32,000 bases of DNA from Wolbachia endosymbiont strain TRS of Brugia malayi (lineage in GTDB: Bacteria > Pseudomonadota > Alphaproteobacteria > Rickettsiales > Anaplasmataceae): contig NC_006833.1 of NCBI RefSeq assembly GCF_000008385.1, forward strand, positions 180,001 through 212,000, written 5' to 3'. The notes beneath the pieces are model-generated. The model did no database searches, had not been told where the DNA came from, and saw only the letters and a program-made list of their open reading frames with translations. Of the stretch, positions 9,447-21,646 are shown piece by piece. Numbering within the stretch: position 1 is the first letter of the stretch; every line of letters begins with the position of its first letter. The position numbers and the translations under genes were made by a program.

Positions 9447-11276
9447 TTAGAGAGAGGATTTTCTTACTTTTTCTTTGCTTTCGTTGTCATTTCTAACAAT
9501 CTTTTTTCCGCTTAATATATCTTTGATTTCATCTCCTGTTAAAGTCTCAAACTCCAGCAGGTTTTCAGCAATAAGTTCCAGATCTTTGCAGCGTTTAGTT
9601 AAGATATCCTTTGCCTTTTCATAACATGAAGATACAACTCGTTTTACTTCTTCATCTATAAGTTTCAGAGTGTCCTCAGAAATTATGTCAGAACTATGTA
9701 CATTTTGTTCACGATTGTGATATACCGGTCCTATTTTGTCACTCATGCCCCATTTTGTTACCATAGCACGTGATAAATCAGACGCTTGTTTTATATCCGA
9801 AGATGCACCGCTTGTAATTTTATCATAACCAAAAATTAGCTCTTCTGCTACTCTTCCACCCATGGCAACAGTTATATCTGCTATCATCTTTTCTCTTGTA
9901 TGGGATACTCTATCTGTTTCTGGCAACCTCATAACTAAGCCTAGAGCTCTACCTCTTGGAATAATAGTTGCCTTGTGTATTGGATCCGAGGCAGACATGT
10001 TAACAGCAACTATTGCGTGACCGGCTTCATGGTACGCAGTAAGTTTTTTTTCCTCCTCTGTCATCATTAGAGACCGTCTTTCCACACCCATCATCACTTT
10101 ATCACGTGCATATTCAAAATCATCCATAGTAACAATCTTCTTATTTCTTCTCGCAGCAATGAGTGCAGATTCATTCACTAAATTTGCTAGGTCAGCCCCC
10201 GAAAAACCAGGTGTTCCTCTTGCAACCGTTTTCACATTTACATCTGGTGCTATTGATATTTTCTTTATATGTGTATTTAATATTCTCTCACGCCCATTTA
10301 TATCGGGCAAAGAAATAGTAATCTGTCGGTCAAAACGACCAGGTCTAAGCAGTGCTGGGTCTAAAACATCCGGACGGTTAGTCGCAGCAACTATTATCAC
10401 ACCTTCATTAGACTCAAAGCCATCCATTTCAACTAATAACTGATTTAATGTTTGCTCTCGCTCGTCATTACCACCGCCAAGACCAATACCACGATGCCTA
10501 CCCACCGCATCTATTTCATCTATGAAAATTATACAAGGAGCGTTTTTCTTGCCTTGATCAAACATATCACGAACACGACTTGCACCAACGCCAACGAACA
10601 TTTCGACAAAATCAGATCCAGAAATACTAAAAAACGGCACATTAGCTTCACCTGCAATTGCACGAGCAAGCAGGGTTTTACCAGTCCCAGGAGAGCCAAT
10701 CAAAAGGCATCCTTTTGGTATTTTCCCGCCTAATACTTGAAATTTTTGTCTCTGTTTTAGAAAGTCAACGATTTCTACTAACTCTTCTTTTGCTTCATCA
10801 ATCCCAGCAACATCATCAAATGTCACTTTTTTTCCACTAGTCATAAGCCTAGCTTTTGATTTGCCAAAGCTTATAGTTCTGTTACCTCCTGTTTGTGTTT
10901 GTTTTAAAAGGAACAGCAACAAGCCAATGAAGATAAATGTTGGAATCCATTGGATAAGTAATCTACCAATTATGCTCATTGCAGAATCTCCAGTCGAAAA
11001 GGAGAACTTCACTTTTTTGTCATGCAAGCCCTTTATCAAGTCACTATATATAATACCACTTGAGTTAAAGTTTGATCCATCCCTAAACTTGCCTTCAATG
11101 CTCTGGTTTTTTATAACAATGTTTTCTATATCATTGTCTTCTAGTTTAGTTAAAAATTCTGAAAAAGGTATGGTTGTTTTACTTTTACCTATATTTCCAC
11201 TAAACTGAATATAAGCAACAGAAATAAGCACAATAATTACTAACCAAATCAATAAGCCTTCTAAAAACTTTTTCAT
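9447..11276 (-). CDS. ftsH: ATP-dependent zinc metalloprotease FtsH
   Basis: 609 aa; [16 protein letters not shown], Walker [19 protein letters not shown], Walker [20 protein letters not shown], and the zinc motif HEAGHAIVA. Confidence 0.98.
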   Translation of the reverse strand: MKKFLEGLLIWLVIIVLISVAYIQFSGNIGKSKTTIPFSEFLTKLEDNDIENIVIKNQSIEGKFRDGSNFNSSGIIYSDLIKGLHDKKVKFSFSTGDSAMSIIGRLLIQWIPTFIFIGLLLFLLKQTQTGGNRTISFGKSKARLMTSGKKVTFDDVAGIDEAKEELVEIVDFLKQRQKFQVLGGKIPKGCLLIGSPGTGKTLLARAIAGEANVPFFSISGSDFVEMFVGVGASRVRDMFDQGKKNAPCIIFIDEIDAVGRHRGIGLGGGNDEREQTLNQLLVEMDGFESNEGVIIVAATNRPDVLDPALLRPGRFDRQITISLPDINGRERILNTHIKKISIAPDVNVKTVARGTPGFSGADLANLVNESALIAARRNKKIVTMDDFEYARDKVMMGVERRSLMMTEEEKKLTAYHEAGHAIVAVNMSASDPIHKATIIPRGRALGLVMRLPETDRVSHTREKMIADITVAMGGRVAEELIFGYDKITSGASSDIKQASDLSRAMVTKWGMSDKIGPVYHNREQNVHSSDIISEDTLKLIDEEVKRVVSSCYEKAKDILTKRCKDLELIAENLLEFETLTGDEIKDILSGKKIVRNDNESKEKVRKSSL

Positions 11277-11288
11277 TGTTACTTCTAA

Positions 11289-12584
11289 CTAAATACCAGC
11301 TAATATTACCAAATTTTGTTTTATTGTGCTATTAATAATGCATTGAACCTCATCACCATTGATATTTTTTCTATCATGATTCAGGTGAAGATAAGCTAAC
11401 ACTTTTCCATCTTTTAACACTACAGGTAAAGAATAAAAAACTTCAGGGCAGCAATCATAATCTTTTAGAAATTTAGGAATCTTCTGTGTTTTTTTTAGCG
11501 GAGCAATAGTTACTGAACACTCCTGATTTCCAAGTATTGTACAGCTAAATCTGTTATCCCATTCAATAGGAGCATTTAATGGCAAACTTACAGATATTTC
11601 CTGTATTTTTGACGATTCTCTAATTATTAAAATACTCTCTCCATATTTTCTTATTTTACATCCAGAAAGTGTGCAATGAACATCATTATCCTTTTGCAGT
11701 ACTTTATTAAATATTGCAATAAGACTGTTATATCTTGGTTTATAGTGTTTACTGCTGATCACCATTATAGAGTAAAGAAGAAGCCTCAAAGCTATTTCCT
11801 CTGGTAATTTATAAAATTCACTTAGTTTAATTTCGATGTAACCAAGATCATGAACATTAACGCAATCATTGAATGCGAGGCGTGTGTAGTGCATTAACGC
11901 TTTCGTGGCTCTTTTTATATGAAGAGTTGTGAGACATATTCGCTCTGTTAAAATCTCTTGATTACCACTTGCTTTAAGTAAGTTGCGGTATAACGTGCGC
12001 TTATATTTTAAACTTTGATTACTTCTATCTTCAACCCACTTCAACCGATAAAAGTCGGCATATTTTTTTATTCTACTACGGCTAAAACTTAATAATGGTC
12101 TCAGCATGCAAACTCCATTTAAAGAGGATTTGTAGTCCATAGATGACAACCCATCTAGACCACTACCGCGCTCAAGTCTCAGTAGAAACGTTTCTGCTTG
12201 ATCATCTTTGTGATGTGCAATAAATAGATGCTTAACATCGTTATTTTTGCACCATTCTGTTAGCAGCTCGTACCGTGCCTTTCGTGCCTGTGATTGGACA
12301 TTACCTTTGATATTTTGCCTTTTCCAGTTTAATATGAACGATTTCTTTACTCCAAGTTCTTTTGCATAACTTACAACAAACTCAACTTCCTCCTGAGATT
12401 CTGGACGCAATCCGTGATTTACTGCTAATGCTATAGGGGGTGGACATTGTCTTTTTTCCGCCCAACTGGTTATTAAATGCAATAAAACTATACTGTCTAT
12501 ACCACCTGATACTGCAACTGCAACTTTATTGTTATAGACAGCAAAACCGTCCATTATATCTTGAAATAACGACTCTAATTCCAT
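11289..12584 (-). CDS. tilS: tRNA(Ile)-lysidine synthetase
   Basis: 431 aa; PP-loop [16 protein letters not shown]; [30 protein letters not shown]; [15 protein letters not shown]. Adjacent to ftsH. Confidence 0.96.
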   Translation of the reverse strand: MELESLFQDIMDGFAVYNNKVAVAVSGGIDSIVLLHLITSWAEKRQCPPPIALAVNHGLRPESQEEVEFVVSYAKELGVKKSFILNWKRQNIKGNVQSQARKARYELLTEWCKNNDVKHLFIAHHKDDQAETFLLRLERGSGLDGLSSMDYKSSLNGVCMLRPLLSFSRSRIKKYADFYRLKWVEDRSNQSLKYKRTLYRNLLKASGNQEILTERICLTTLHIKRATKALMHYTRLAFNDCVNVHDLGYIEIKLSEFYKLPEEIALRLLLYSIMVISSKHYKPRYNSLIAIFNKVLQKDNDVHCTLSGCKIRKYGESILIIRESSKIQEISVSLPLNAPIEWDNRFSCTILGNQECSVTIAPLKKTQKIPKFLKDYDCCPEVFYSLPVVLKDGKVLAYLHLNHDRKNINGDEVQCIINSTIKQNLVILAGI

Positions 12585-12703
12585 TTCTTATCTCAGTGTT
12601 TAAACACTGAGATCCAGAACTTTCTTAACAACTGAACGCCATAGCTATAAGTAACTCAAAATTACCGTTGTTCCACTACTTGTAAGCTAGATTTCATACT
12701 GAG

Positions 12704-12725
12704 ATACCGCGATAAATCGCGGTAT
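12704..12725. terminator. Perfect inverted repeat between pal and tilS (possible pal terminator or structured intergenic element)
   Basis: ATACCGCGAT-AA-ATCGCGGTAT, 10-bp arms, in the gap between pal (upstream gene on the minus strand) and tilS. No obvious U-tract, so terminator function is uncertain. Confidence 0.45.
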
Positions 12726-12757
12726 GATGTGGGACTACACTAGCTATAGTTGAAAAA

Positions 12758-13237
12758 CTATTTTTTCATTCCAGAAAATGAAAACTCTACCCTACGGTTT
12801 TTAGCATGCTCTTTTTCATATTTGGAGTTCTTAGAATCATCTGCTACATAAACCAAAGGTTCAGTTTCACCCTTAGAAGCAGTTTTTATTCTATTTTCTA
12901 AGTAAGGTGTACAACTAACCATAAAATTTTTAGCTGCATCTGCCCTTCTAGCACCCAGCGCAACATTATATTCATAAGAACCACGATTGTCAGTATGACC
13001 AATCAAAGTAACTTTCACATTAGGATCATCTTGCAACACTTCCATTACATCAAGTAATGTATCTGCACCTGCTTCGCTGATATCAGATTTATCATAATCA
13101 AAAAAAACCCTTTTTTCTTTCATCTGTTTAACAACAAAGTTCATTTTATTTATTGCATTCACTCCTCTTTTTGAGCAAGAACTTACACCAGTAAGCAGTA
13201 AACAAAAACAGCACATTGCAACCAATCTACTCCACAT
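12758..13237 (-). CDS. pal: Peptidoglycan-associated lipoprotein Pal (OmpA-like C-terminal domain)
   Basis: 159 aa; lipobox-like CFCLLLTGVSSCSK; RVFFDYDKSDIS; VTLIGHTDNRGSYEYNVALGARRADAAKNFM. Confidence 0.94.
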   Translation of the reverse strand: MWSRLVAMCCFCLLLTGVSSCSKRGVNAINKMNFVVKQMKEKRVFFDYDKSDISEAGADTLLDVMEVLQDDPNVKVTLIGHTDNRGSYEYNVALGARRADAAKNFMVSCTPYLENRIKTASKGETEPLVYVADDSKNSKYEKEHAKNRRVEFSFSGMKK

Positions 13238-13506
13238 TACTAAACCTCCATAAATTTTAAAATAGTGCGTAACTTTAATTTTAGTAGTTAATAATCTCTC
13301 TATATTGCAATATAGTCAAGAAAAATAAAACACTAAACACCTTTTCTACAGTCTTACAGTTAATTTTCTAATAAAATGCTAGATTTTCAGTAGAAAAATC
13401 CGGTAAAGGCACAATTTTTTATTGTGCTTTAAGTAAATATACTTTTAACTTTATTATTAATCTATTACGATATTAAACAGATGTTTTCTAAAAAAAATGA
13501 ACAAAT

Positions 13507-14934
13507 ATGAAATCTTACAAGTTTCTAAAAGAAGTATTACATAGGTTGAAGAATATTGAGAATACGCTAAAAGTACTAGATCAGAGTCAACTAAACGTAG
13601 AAGATAAAGTTGAGCAAATGGGTCTTCTAGAAGAAATTAGACATGAGATTATCTCTCACAACATAATAAAAGAATCATTAGCAGAAGCAGGTACTCCCAG
13701 TAACAAAAAGAAAGGTGATAGTTGGCAGCTAAAGTTAATAGAGAGGATGCATAAAAGCAACAGTGCTATTCCCATTGACCTAGTAAAATCCTTGTCCAAA
13801 GTTAAAATTGAGTGCCAAAATTTACGGAGGCTATCTCAATCTGAACCCAGTAGCTTAGAAAAACTAAAAGAACGCTTTGCCGACTTAGTTAAACTCATTC
13901 GTGGAGTAGTTTCTATAAAATCGCAGCAATTAAAATGTTCAAAATATGATTCACTGCTTGCTGACTATGACTCTGATATCACAGAAAAAGATGTAAAAGA
14001 AATATTTCCTAAGTTAGGCAAATTTTTCAGCGACAATATAGATAGAATAATTGAAAAACAGAAGAAAGACAAGATTACTAACACACAGAAGATTGCTACT
14101 CAAAAGCAGATTGAACTTGGCTCATTATGCTTGCAGCAAATAGGTGTTACGTCACACCATACTTTTTATCACCACCCTATAGATTATGATGAATCTGATT
14201 TCTGTTATGGTTTATTTTTACTTTTACGGTACAGTGGTCATGAAATTTATCAAAGATGTTTAGCACAAAATTCTATAAGTAGCTCATTTACAAGATACAT
14301 CATGTGTGAAACTCAAGGGTTATTTATGGAAAGAATGATTGGAACATCTAGGGAATTTATTGAGTTTATTCAACCATATATAAAAGAGAAGCTCACTATA
14401 AAAGGCAAAGTTAATGCAAAGATCAACAGTGTTGAAAATCTGTACTTGATTTTCAATAAAGTGAATCTTTCCTCTCCTTTAAAGAAGGCAGATGAATTTA
14501 GTCTATTAGCCAACATTATGTTGAGAACCAAGTTAGAACAGGATATAATAAATGGTACGCTAGAGGTTAAAGACTTGCATGACGCATGGCTAGAAGGCAT
14601 GGAACATTATAAAATTCCGGTAAAAGCTAAAAATGAACTAGACACTTACTTTCAAGATGAGTATTGGGTAAGCGGAACTATGGGCTATTTTCCCATTAAA
14701 ATTATAGCTTTAATTATTGCTGTACAGATTTTTTCTTTCATAAAAAAAAATCATTACGAATTTTTGGGTGCTATAATAAAAGGAGATTTTGGGTTACTCA
14801 TTGGTTGGTTATCTCAAAATGTATGTAGTGCAAAGTGTGGTTTTTTGGATCTGCTGAAAAAAGTAACAGGCAAAGGTTTAGATGTTGAATGCTGTAGTAG
14901 CTACTTGTCTGAAAAGTATGATTTATCTCAATAA
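13507..14934 (+). CDS. Conserved-looking hypothetical protein, N-terminal coiled-coil/charged region, one C-terminal TM segment
   Basis: Intact 475-aa ORF; TM-like MGYFPIKIIALIIAVQIFSFI near the C-terminus. Ends 15 bp before the mreB ORF. No family recognised. Confidence 0.85.
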   Translation: MKSYKFLKEVLHRLKNIENTLKVLDQSQLNVEDKVEQMGLLEEIRHEIISHNIIKESLAEAGTPSNKKKGDSWQLKLIERMHKSNSAIPIDLVKSLSKVKIECQNLRRLSQSEPSSLEKLKERFADLVKLIRGVVSIKSQQLKCSKYDSLLADYDSDITEKDVKEIFPKLGKFFSDNIDRIIEKQKKDKITNTQKIATQKQIELGSLCLQQIGVTSHHTFYHHPIDYDESDFCYGLFLLLRYSGHEIYQRCLAQNSISSSFTRYIMCETQGLFMERMIGTSREFIEFIQPYIKEKLTIKGKVNAKINSVENLYLIFNKVNLSSPLKKADEFSLLANIMLRTKLEQDIINGTLEVKDLHDAWLEGMEHYKIPVKAKNELDTYFQDEYWVSGTMGYFPIKIIALIIAVQIFSFIKKNHYEFLGAIIKGDFGLLIGWLSQNVCSAKCGFLDLLKKVTGKGLDVECCSSYLSEKYDLSQ

Positions 14935-16032
<1,098 letters not shown>

Positions 16033-16161
16033 GTATGGCAACTGTTTTGAAGGTAGTTTATCGAATCTTTTCGATGAATTGTACAATATAAATTAGATTA
16101 CAATACAAGCACACAACTATTATAGCTGTCATTCAAGTAGCTTACAGGATAGATTAAACAC

Positions 16162-16460
16162 AAAAAAAACTACTTGACAAGCTTCGCTAGCCTTCTTACC
16201 ACAAAACTGGAGCTATTTTATATAATTTTCCAGTCGCGCAGATTAAAATGACAAGAAGATCTTTTATTTGGTGTACTATGTTACCGTATGTCTTTAATAA
16301 AATTTTTAGCTTCTTGCCTATAAAAGCTGAAGCTCGCTTGTAAAGCATTTAAGATATCACCCAACGTCAAATTTTTAAAATGAAGAGTTAGTAACTAGCT
16401 ACTTTGGATTTTTTTGCCTTTTTTTTATTTAGTAAATTTCTTAAATATTTTTAGCTACCG
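16162..16460. repeat. Dispersed intergenic repeat, copy B (most divergent)
   Basis: 'aaaaaactacttgacaagcttcgctag', 'gcagattaaaatgac', 'cctataaaagctgaagctcgcttgtaaagcattta', 'ttttttatttagtaaatttctt' align with copies A and C in the same order. Confidence 0.7.
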
Positions 16461-16745
16461 CCATCCCAATTAATAAAATAAAAAATATTTCTCCTGTCTT
16501 TGAGAAATTTGTTATATTAGCTGTGGCTACTGGCTTTCATTTTTAATAGCATATTTTTTCTTAAGTAGTTAAATGGCCATTTTACAATGAATTTTGTCAG
16601 TAACCACACTAAGTTTCTTGGCTGCTATGCAACAAAGCCATACCAGTGTCAGTTACTCTGATGACAATAGAAAGTTGCAATCATCCAAGCAGCTAACACT
16701 GGGATTTAGACTTTTTTACACTGAATCCTACTATAGGATAAAGAG

Positions 16746-17903
16746 GTGGCAAATCTCACCTATTTACTACATTTACTTATAAGTCATATGCTAAAAGAAT
16801 TTGAAATTGAACCTCTGTTGAAAGATAAAGTTCCACACCAAACCAAGGCTGTGGTCGCAATGTCCGGTGGGGTTGATAGCTCCGTTGCTGCAGTGTTGCT
16901 ACATCGCCTTGGATATCAAGTAATTGGTGTGACTCTTCAGCTATATGGTGCCGATGGCAACTCTAATACAAGAAAAAAAGGTGTATGCTGCGCTGGGCAA
17001 GATATTTATGATGCTAAGCGCGTAGCTGAAGGTACTGGATTTCCTCATTATATCTTAAATTATGAAGAAATATTCAAAAAGGAAGTGATAGAGAGCTTTG
17101 CACAAACCTATATCCAGGGAAAAACTCCTATACCATGCATAAAATGTAACCAAACAGTAAAGTTCCGTGATTTATTACAAGTTACAAGAAATCTTGGTGC
17201 AGACGTGCTAATTACAGGACACTACGTGAGAAGATTAGAAAAAAATGGCGAGGTAAAGTTGTGTAGAGGCATAGATAAAAGTAAAGACCAAAGCTATTTT
17301 CTGTTTGCCACAACAAAGGAGCAGTTGAAGCTTTTGAGGTTTCCACTTGGTGGGTTCTATAAGTGCAATGTAAGGAAATTAGCAAGGTACTTTAGTTTGC
17401 CAATTTCTGAGAAGCCAGATAGTCAAGATATATGCTTTGTTTCCGAAAACTATAGCAAAACAATAGCTAAGCTAGCTCCACAATCTATACAGAAAGGCAA
17501 AATTGTGGATGTAAATGGAAAAGTACTGGGCGAGCATAATGGTATAGTAAATTTCACAGTAGGACAAAGAAAAGGTTTGGGCATCGCATACAGTGAACCT
17601 CTTTATGTTGTGAGAATCAACACAAAAAACAATGAAATAGTAGTAGGCCCGGTTAACGCACTAATGCAAAGGAAAATATTGGTCAAGGAGTTAAATTGGT
17701 TAGAACAGCCAAAGAAAGGTATGGAAGTAACTGTGAAGCTCCGATCATTACACTCGGGAAGTTTAGCAAAAATATACCCAGCCAAAGAACAAAATAAAGC
17801 TTATGTCATTTTGAATGATGATTATTTTAGCATCAGCCCTGGCCAAGCCTGCGTAGCATACAAAGATGAACAAGTTATCGGCGGTGGATGGATATGTTCT
17901 TAA
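16746..17903 (+). CDS. mnmA: tRNA-specific 2-thiouridylase MnmA
   Basis: [68 protein letters not shown]-like [31 protein letters not shown]. True start may be ATG 16788. Confidence 0.96.
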   Translation: MANLTYLLHLLISHMLKEFEIEPLLKDKVPHQTKAVVAMSGGVDSSVAAVLLHRLGYQVIGVTLQLYGADGNSNTRKKGVCCAGQDIYDAKRVAEGTGFPHYILNYEEIFKKEVIESFAQTYIQGKTPIPCIKCNQTVKFRDLLQVTRNLGADVLITGHYVRRLEKNGEVKLCRGIDKSKDQSYFLFATTKEQLKLLRFPLGGFYKCNVRKLARYFSLPISEKPDSQDICFVSENYSKTIAKLAPQSIQKGKIVDVNGKVLGEHNGIVNFTVGQRKGLGIAYSEPLYVVRINTKNNEIVVGPVNALMQRKILVKELNWLEQPKKGMEVTVKLRSLHSGSLAKIYPAKEQNKAYVILNDDYFSISPGQACVAYKDEQVIGGGWICS

Positions 17904-17917
17904 CTAAAGATTCATAG

Positions 17918-18175
17918 TGTTAGAATACTTGCGGTACGATGTTTTCATGGGCTAAAATAAACGCTCTAACATTCCTTACATCTACTTCTTTTGGTTGAAC
18001 TAAGAAAGGTTGGTCATAGAAGTAAACGGGGCGCCTAATGCTTTTAAAAACCTTGCAGGCACATCACCATTTTTCTTATAACCGTTCACGGAGATAAGGG
18101 ATTTACAAAGTGATTGTAAAAGTGTAAAGACATGAGAAGCTAAGTATAGAGTGGGTATGATAACAGGGCTGCAGA
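17918..18175 (-). pseudogene. Fragment of an unidentified decayed gene
   Basis: Minus-strand frames join as LFCSPVIIPTLYLASHVFTLLQSLCKSLISVNGYKKNGDVPARFLK... then, after a shift, IRRPVYFYDQPFLVQPKEVDVRNVRAFILAHENIVPQVF*. Confidence 0.4.
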
Positions 18176-18182
18176 AAAGATT

Positions 18183-19501
18183 GTGGCGTACAAATCAAAA
18201 AACGCTAATCTCAAAGAAGAAATAAAGGCTCTGATTATAGAAAATGATGGCTTAAAAGCAAAAATAATTGAGCTAGAAGATAAACTGGGTCTGAACTCAA
18301 AAAGTTCATCTCTACCACCATCGCAAGATATATATCGCAAAAAAACAAAAAAGAAAAGTGATAAAAAACCAGGAGGTCAGCCAGGGCATAAGGTATATAA
18401 GTGAGATTTGATGGTAGCAAATATAGTAGTAGACTATACAATTTTATCAGGTTTGTGTGTGTGGAAATAAGGTTGTTTTAGAAGATGAAATTGTCCATTA
18501 AAAGGTAGAATTACCAGAAATCAAACCAATCGTAACTGAGTACAGGTTGCAAAGAAACTATTACAGAGCTTGTGATAGGAAGGGTTCAGCTAGTTTAACC
18601 ATGGGGGTTTCAAGAGGTCCTCTAGGGTTCAATGCTAAAACAACAATTAGCAGCCTAAGTGGCTTTTTTATTAACTCGAAAAGAAAAGTACAACAAATTT
18701 TAAGCAGTATATTTAACCTCAATATAAGTCTTAGTTTAGTATCAAAGACTGAGCACAGAGTATCAAAAGATGCGCATCTGAATATGAGAAAATGAAGGAA
18801 GAATTGAAAGAAACCTGCATATAGATGAAACATAGCACAGAAATCAAGGAGAAAGAGGCTGGGTTGGGTAATAACAACAAAGCGCTCTGACACTTCTAAA
18901 GATGACCGAGTCTCGTGGCAAGAAGGTGTTGCAAAGTTTACTGCCAGAATACAATGGCATAGTTGTAAGCAACAATACGCTGCGTACAATTATTTTAGTT
19001 TGAAAATAGATAGATATGTTGGACACATTTGACAAGAGATTTTCAAAGATTTGCGTATAGTAAAAATATTGAAGTGAGCAAAATTGGCCAGGCGCTCAAG
19101 TCACTCAATAACAGAGTATTTGTGGTACAAAAGCAAAAAAATAAAATTTGGTAGATGATTTACGATTTTATCAACTAATGTAAAAATTTTGAAAAAGGGT
19201 AGAACATCTTTTGTGTAAAATGACTAGGGTTATAAATGGTACTCAAACTTTGAGGATGGCTGCCAAGATGTTAAGATCTGAGGATATGGAAGTTTTTACG
19301 AAAACTTGAAGTGATAGATACAACCAATAACCTTGCAGAACGGTAAATGAGGCGCTATGTAATCTATTGTAAGAACAGCTTTTTCACTTGGTCAGAACGT
19401 GGAGAAAGATTCATAAAGATGTTGTCGATATTTTAACTTCGCGTCTAAATGGCCAAAATTCCTTTCAAAAGTTACAGAATCTAGTAACTGTTACTGCTTA
19501 A
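18183..19501 (+). pseudogene. IS66-family transposase, multiply frameshifted and truncated
   Basis: MAYKSKNANLKEEIKALIIENDGLKAKIIELEDKLGLNSKSSSLPPSQDIYRKKTKKKSDKKPGGQPGHK is the IS66 N-terminus. Downstream fragments: ISSLSGFFINSKRKVQQILSSIFNLNISLSLVSKTEHRVS; GKKVLQSLLPEYNGIVVSN; CNLLxxYCKNSFFTWSERGERFIKMLSIF; NSFQKLQNLVTVTA*. Confidence 0.85.
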
Positions 19502-19596
19502 TTCTTTATTCATTTCCACAATTTGTAAACGGTTACTGTTCGTACAGCTATATGCTTGACATTGCGATGACAAGAGGAAGAACATTGGATGATATT

Positions 19597-21560
19597 CTAT
19601 ATTTTTATAGCTTGTGAATTTACGTGCTCAACTTTATTTTCTTCCATCTCTCTATAACTTGATAATGTAGAAATTATTGCATGTAGTATAGTAGTTATCA
19701 CAACTAAAACAGCTATAATACCGTAAATTACCGCACCAACTACAGATGGAACCATCACAGCAGCAGTGATAAATAATCCTGTAATCACAACTCCAATAGC
19801 CTCATTCTTTAATGAGGTATAAAAATACTCCTTATTTTCTTTATATCTAGTTCCTTTTTCATTTGGTAATTGGTCAGCATTTGTTTCTTTTATTGATATA
19901 GGAGACACTGGTTTATTATCAGCATTTTCACTGGGTTACGGTTTATTTTCTTCTATATTCAGCGGTATAGTAGCCTGATCAGTTTCTGTTATTACAGGCA
20001 TCCCACCCCCATTTACTGCTGATTCATGCGATGCAATTACTTTCTTAATCATTCCGTACTAGCACCATTGCCGCTATAGAATTACGTTCCGAAGTAGCAG
20101 TACAAAATGCATCATCCCTCAATTGTTGGTATAATACGTACAACTCACTTTCAAGATTTAGTTTTAATTGCTCTGCATTAATATTTTGCAGTAGCGTGCT
20201 TAGAATTTCAGTATTACTGTCATTAATATCAGGAACAACAGAGCATAATATAGACTTGTTCTCCTCAATTTATTAACATAATATCTTCCTTCTTGGCCGA
20301 TTGCATTAATGGTGGTCACCCCATCTTCTAAGAGAAACTTTATAACTTTTGAATGCTTTTGATTGTGTTTAATTGCATGATCCAATAATCCATTTCCTAA
20401 CACAGCACCTTACTCACACTTACTTTGAAGACTAATTCTTTACTTACTTAATTTCAGTTGTAAGCTTTCAGAGCTAAGGTCCCATGCTATAGAGTTTATA
20501 ATTATCTAATAAAATCGCCACTTAGCACAATAGTTTTTACACTATCTTTATTACTACTGCTGGATTCTGCCCCATTTTCTTCTGCATCAGATGTGTTTTG
20601 CTTCTCCTTTTGTTTATTGCTGATCTAAGCAGTACAATTATTACACGGTTTGAGAGGTATTTAGAGTGTGATCAAGAATTGTCGAAGTCAACTTTAAATT
20701 CAGAGTCTATTTTAAGCTCTTTCTTAAGCGAGAATTTACTTTCTGTAATTATTTCTAGAAGATTTTTATATTAGTTCTGATATATTTATCATATACTTTA
20801 AAAGTAGCCTAACCTTTGGTAGACTATCATCTATAAAAGTATTACCCAGAGCATTAATCTTTTCTCCCTTATAAATCTCTTGTTATCTAAAAGCACCTTC
20901 ATAATGTCAATTTTTTCATTGCAAGGAACTATATCGAAGGACTCTAGTATTTTCGCATGATCTATATAATCTTAAAATACCTTAAACTCTTGAACATTTC
21001 CCTGAACAGTAGCATTATTCAAAGCATATAATTTTTCCTCTTCATCAAATTTACCACTTTCTAAAAATATCTTTACAACTCCAGGCTGTTCATTTGTTAC
21101 AGTCATGTCCAACCATAGTTCTACTGCCAGGGCTTCTCTTAACTTGAATGTCTAACTGTGCAAATAATTCAATAACTCTTAGAAAGATACCATAATCGCT
21201 TAAAATATCTTGCCTTTTTAAACTGATGGAATCTACAAGTGAGTCAAAAATTTTTTCATCTGTTACTTCTCCTTTTTTTTAGTTCTCCATAAAACTTTTA
21301 AGCCTCTATTTCAGGGCTTTTGGCTATGAACTTTATCTTATCGTATAGCATGGTAAATTGAGCATCTCTGGAGTCATCAGGATCTGCCAAGTTAGTTTCC
21401 GCTTTATTTCCTGCAATATCAGATATGTTTTGCTCCTCTTCCTTGGTTAACGCTGCAGTTATTTGCTCTTGTTGAGAGGAGAGTAAGTCTGTTGTTAAGG
21501 AGAAGATTTTTAATACGTGAGTTTATCATTTTCAGTTGCATGTTTTAGTTAGTAAATCTT
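19597..21560 (-). pseudogene. Decayed ankyrin-like repeat protein with C-terminal transmembrane pair
   Basis: Minus-strand ORFs: 20200-20403 (MLGNGLLDHAIKHNQKHSKVIKFLLEDGVTTINAIGQEG), in-region translation GVVKIFLESGKFDEEEKLYALNNATVQGNVQEFK, and 19597-19908 (EAIGVVITGLFITAAVMVPSVVGAVIYGIIAVLVVITTILHAIISTLSSYREMEENKVEHV). Confidence 0.6.
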
Positions 21561-21646
21561 CTAATGAATGGCCTCCTTACAATTAGTCAAGACATCTTGC
21601 AATCTCAAATGGCATGATATATACTGAATACTTAGTTCTCGAGTAA

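Noticed and set aside
9447-11276. Plus-strand ORFs 10159-10443, 10452-10733, 10658-10840 and 10861-11208
   Set aside because: They are antisense shadows of the intact ftsH coding sequence on the minus strand and show no independent family signature.
16594-16782. 62-aa ORF directly upstream of mnmA as a separate gene
   Set aside because: Short, no motif, and it resembles decayed intergenic Wolbachia sequence; insufficient support.
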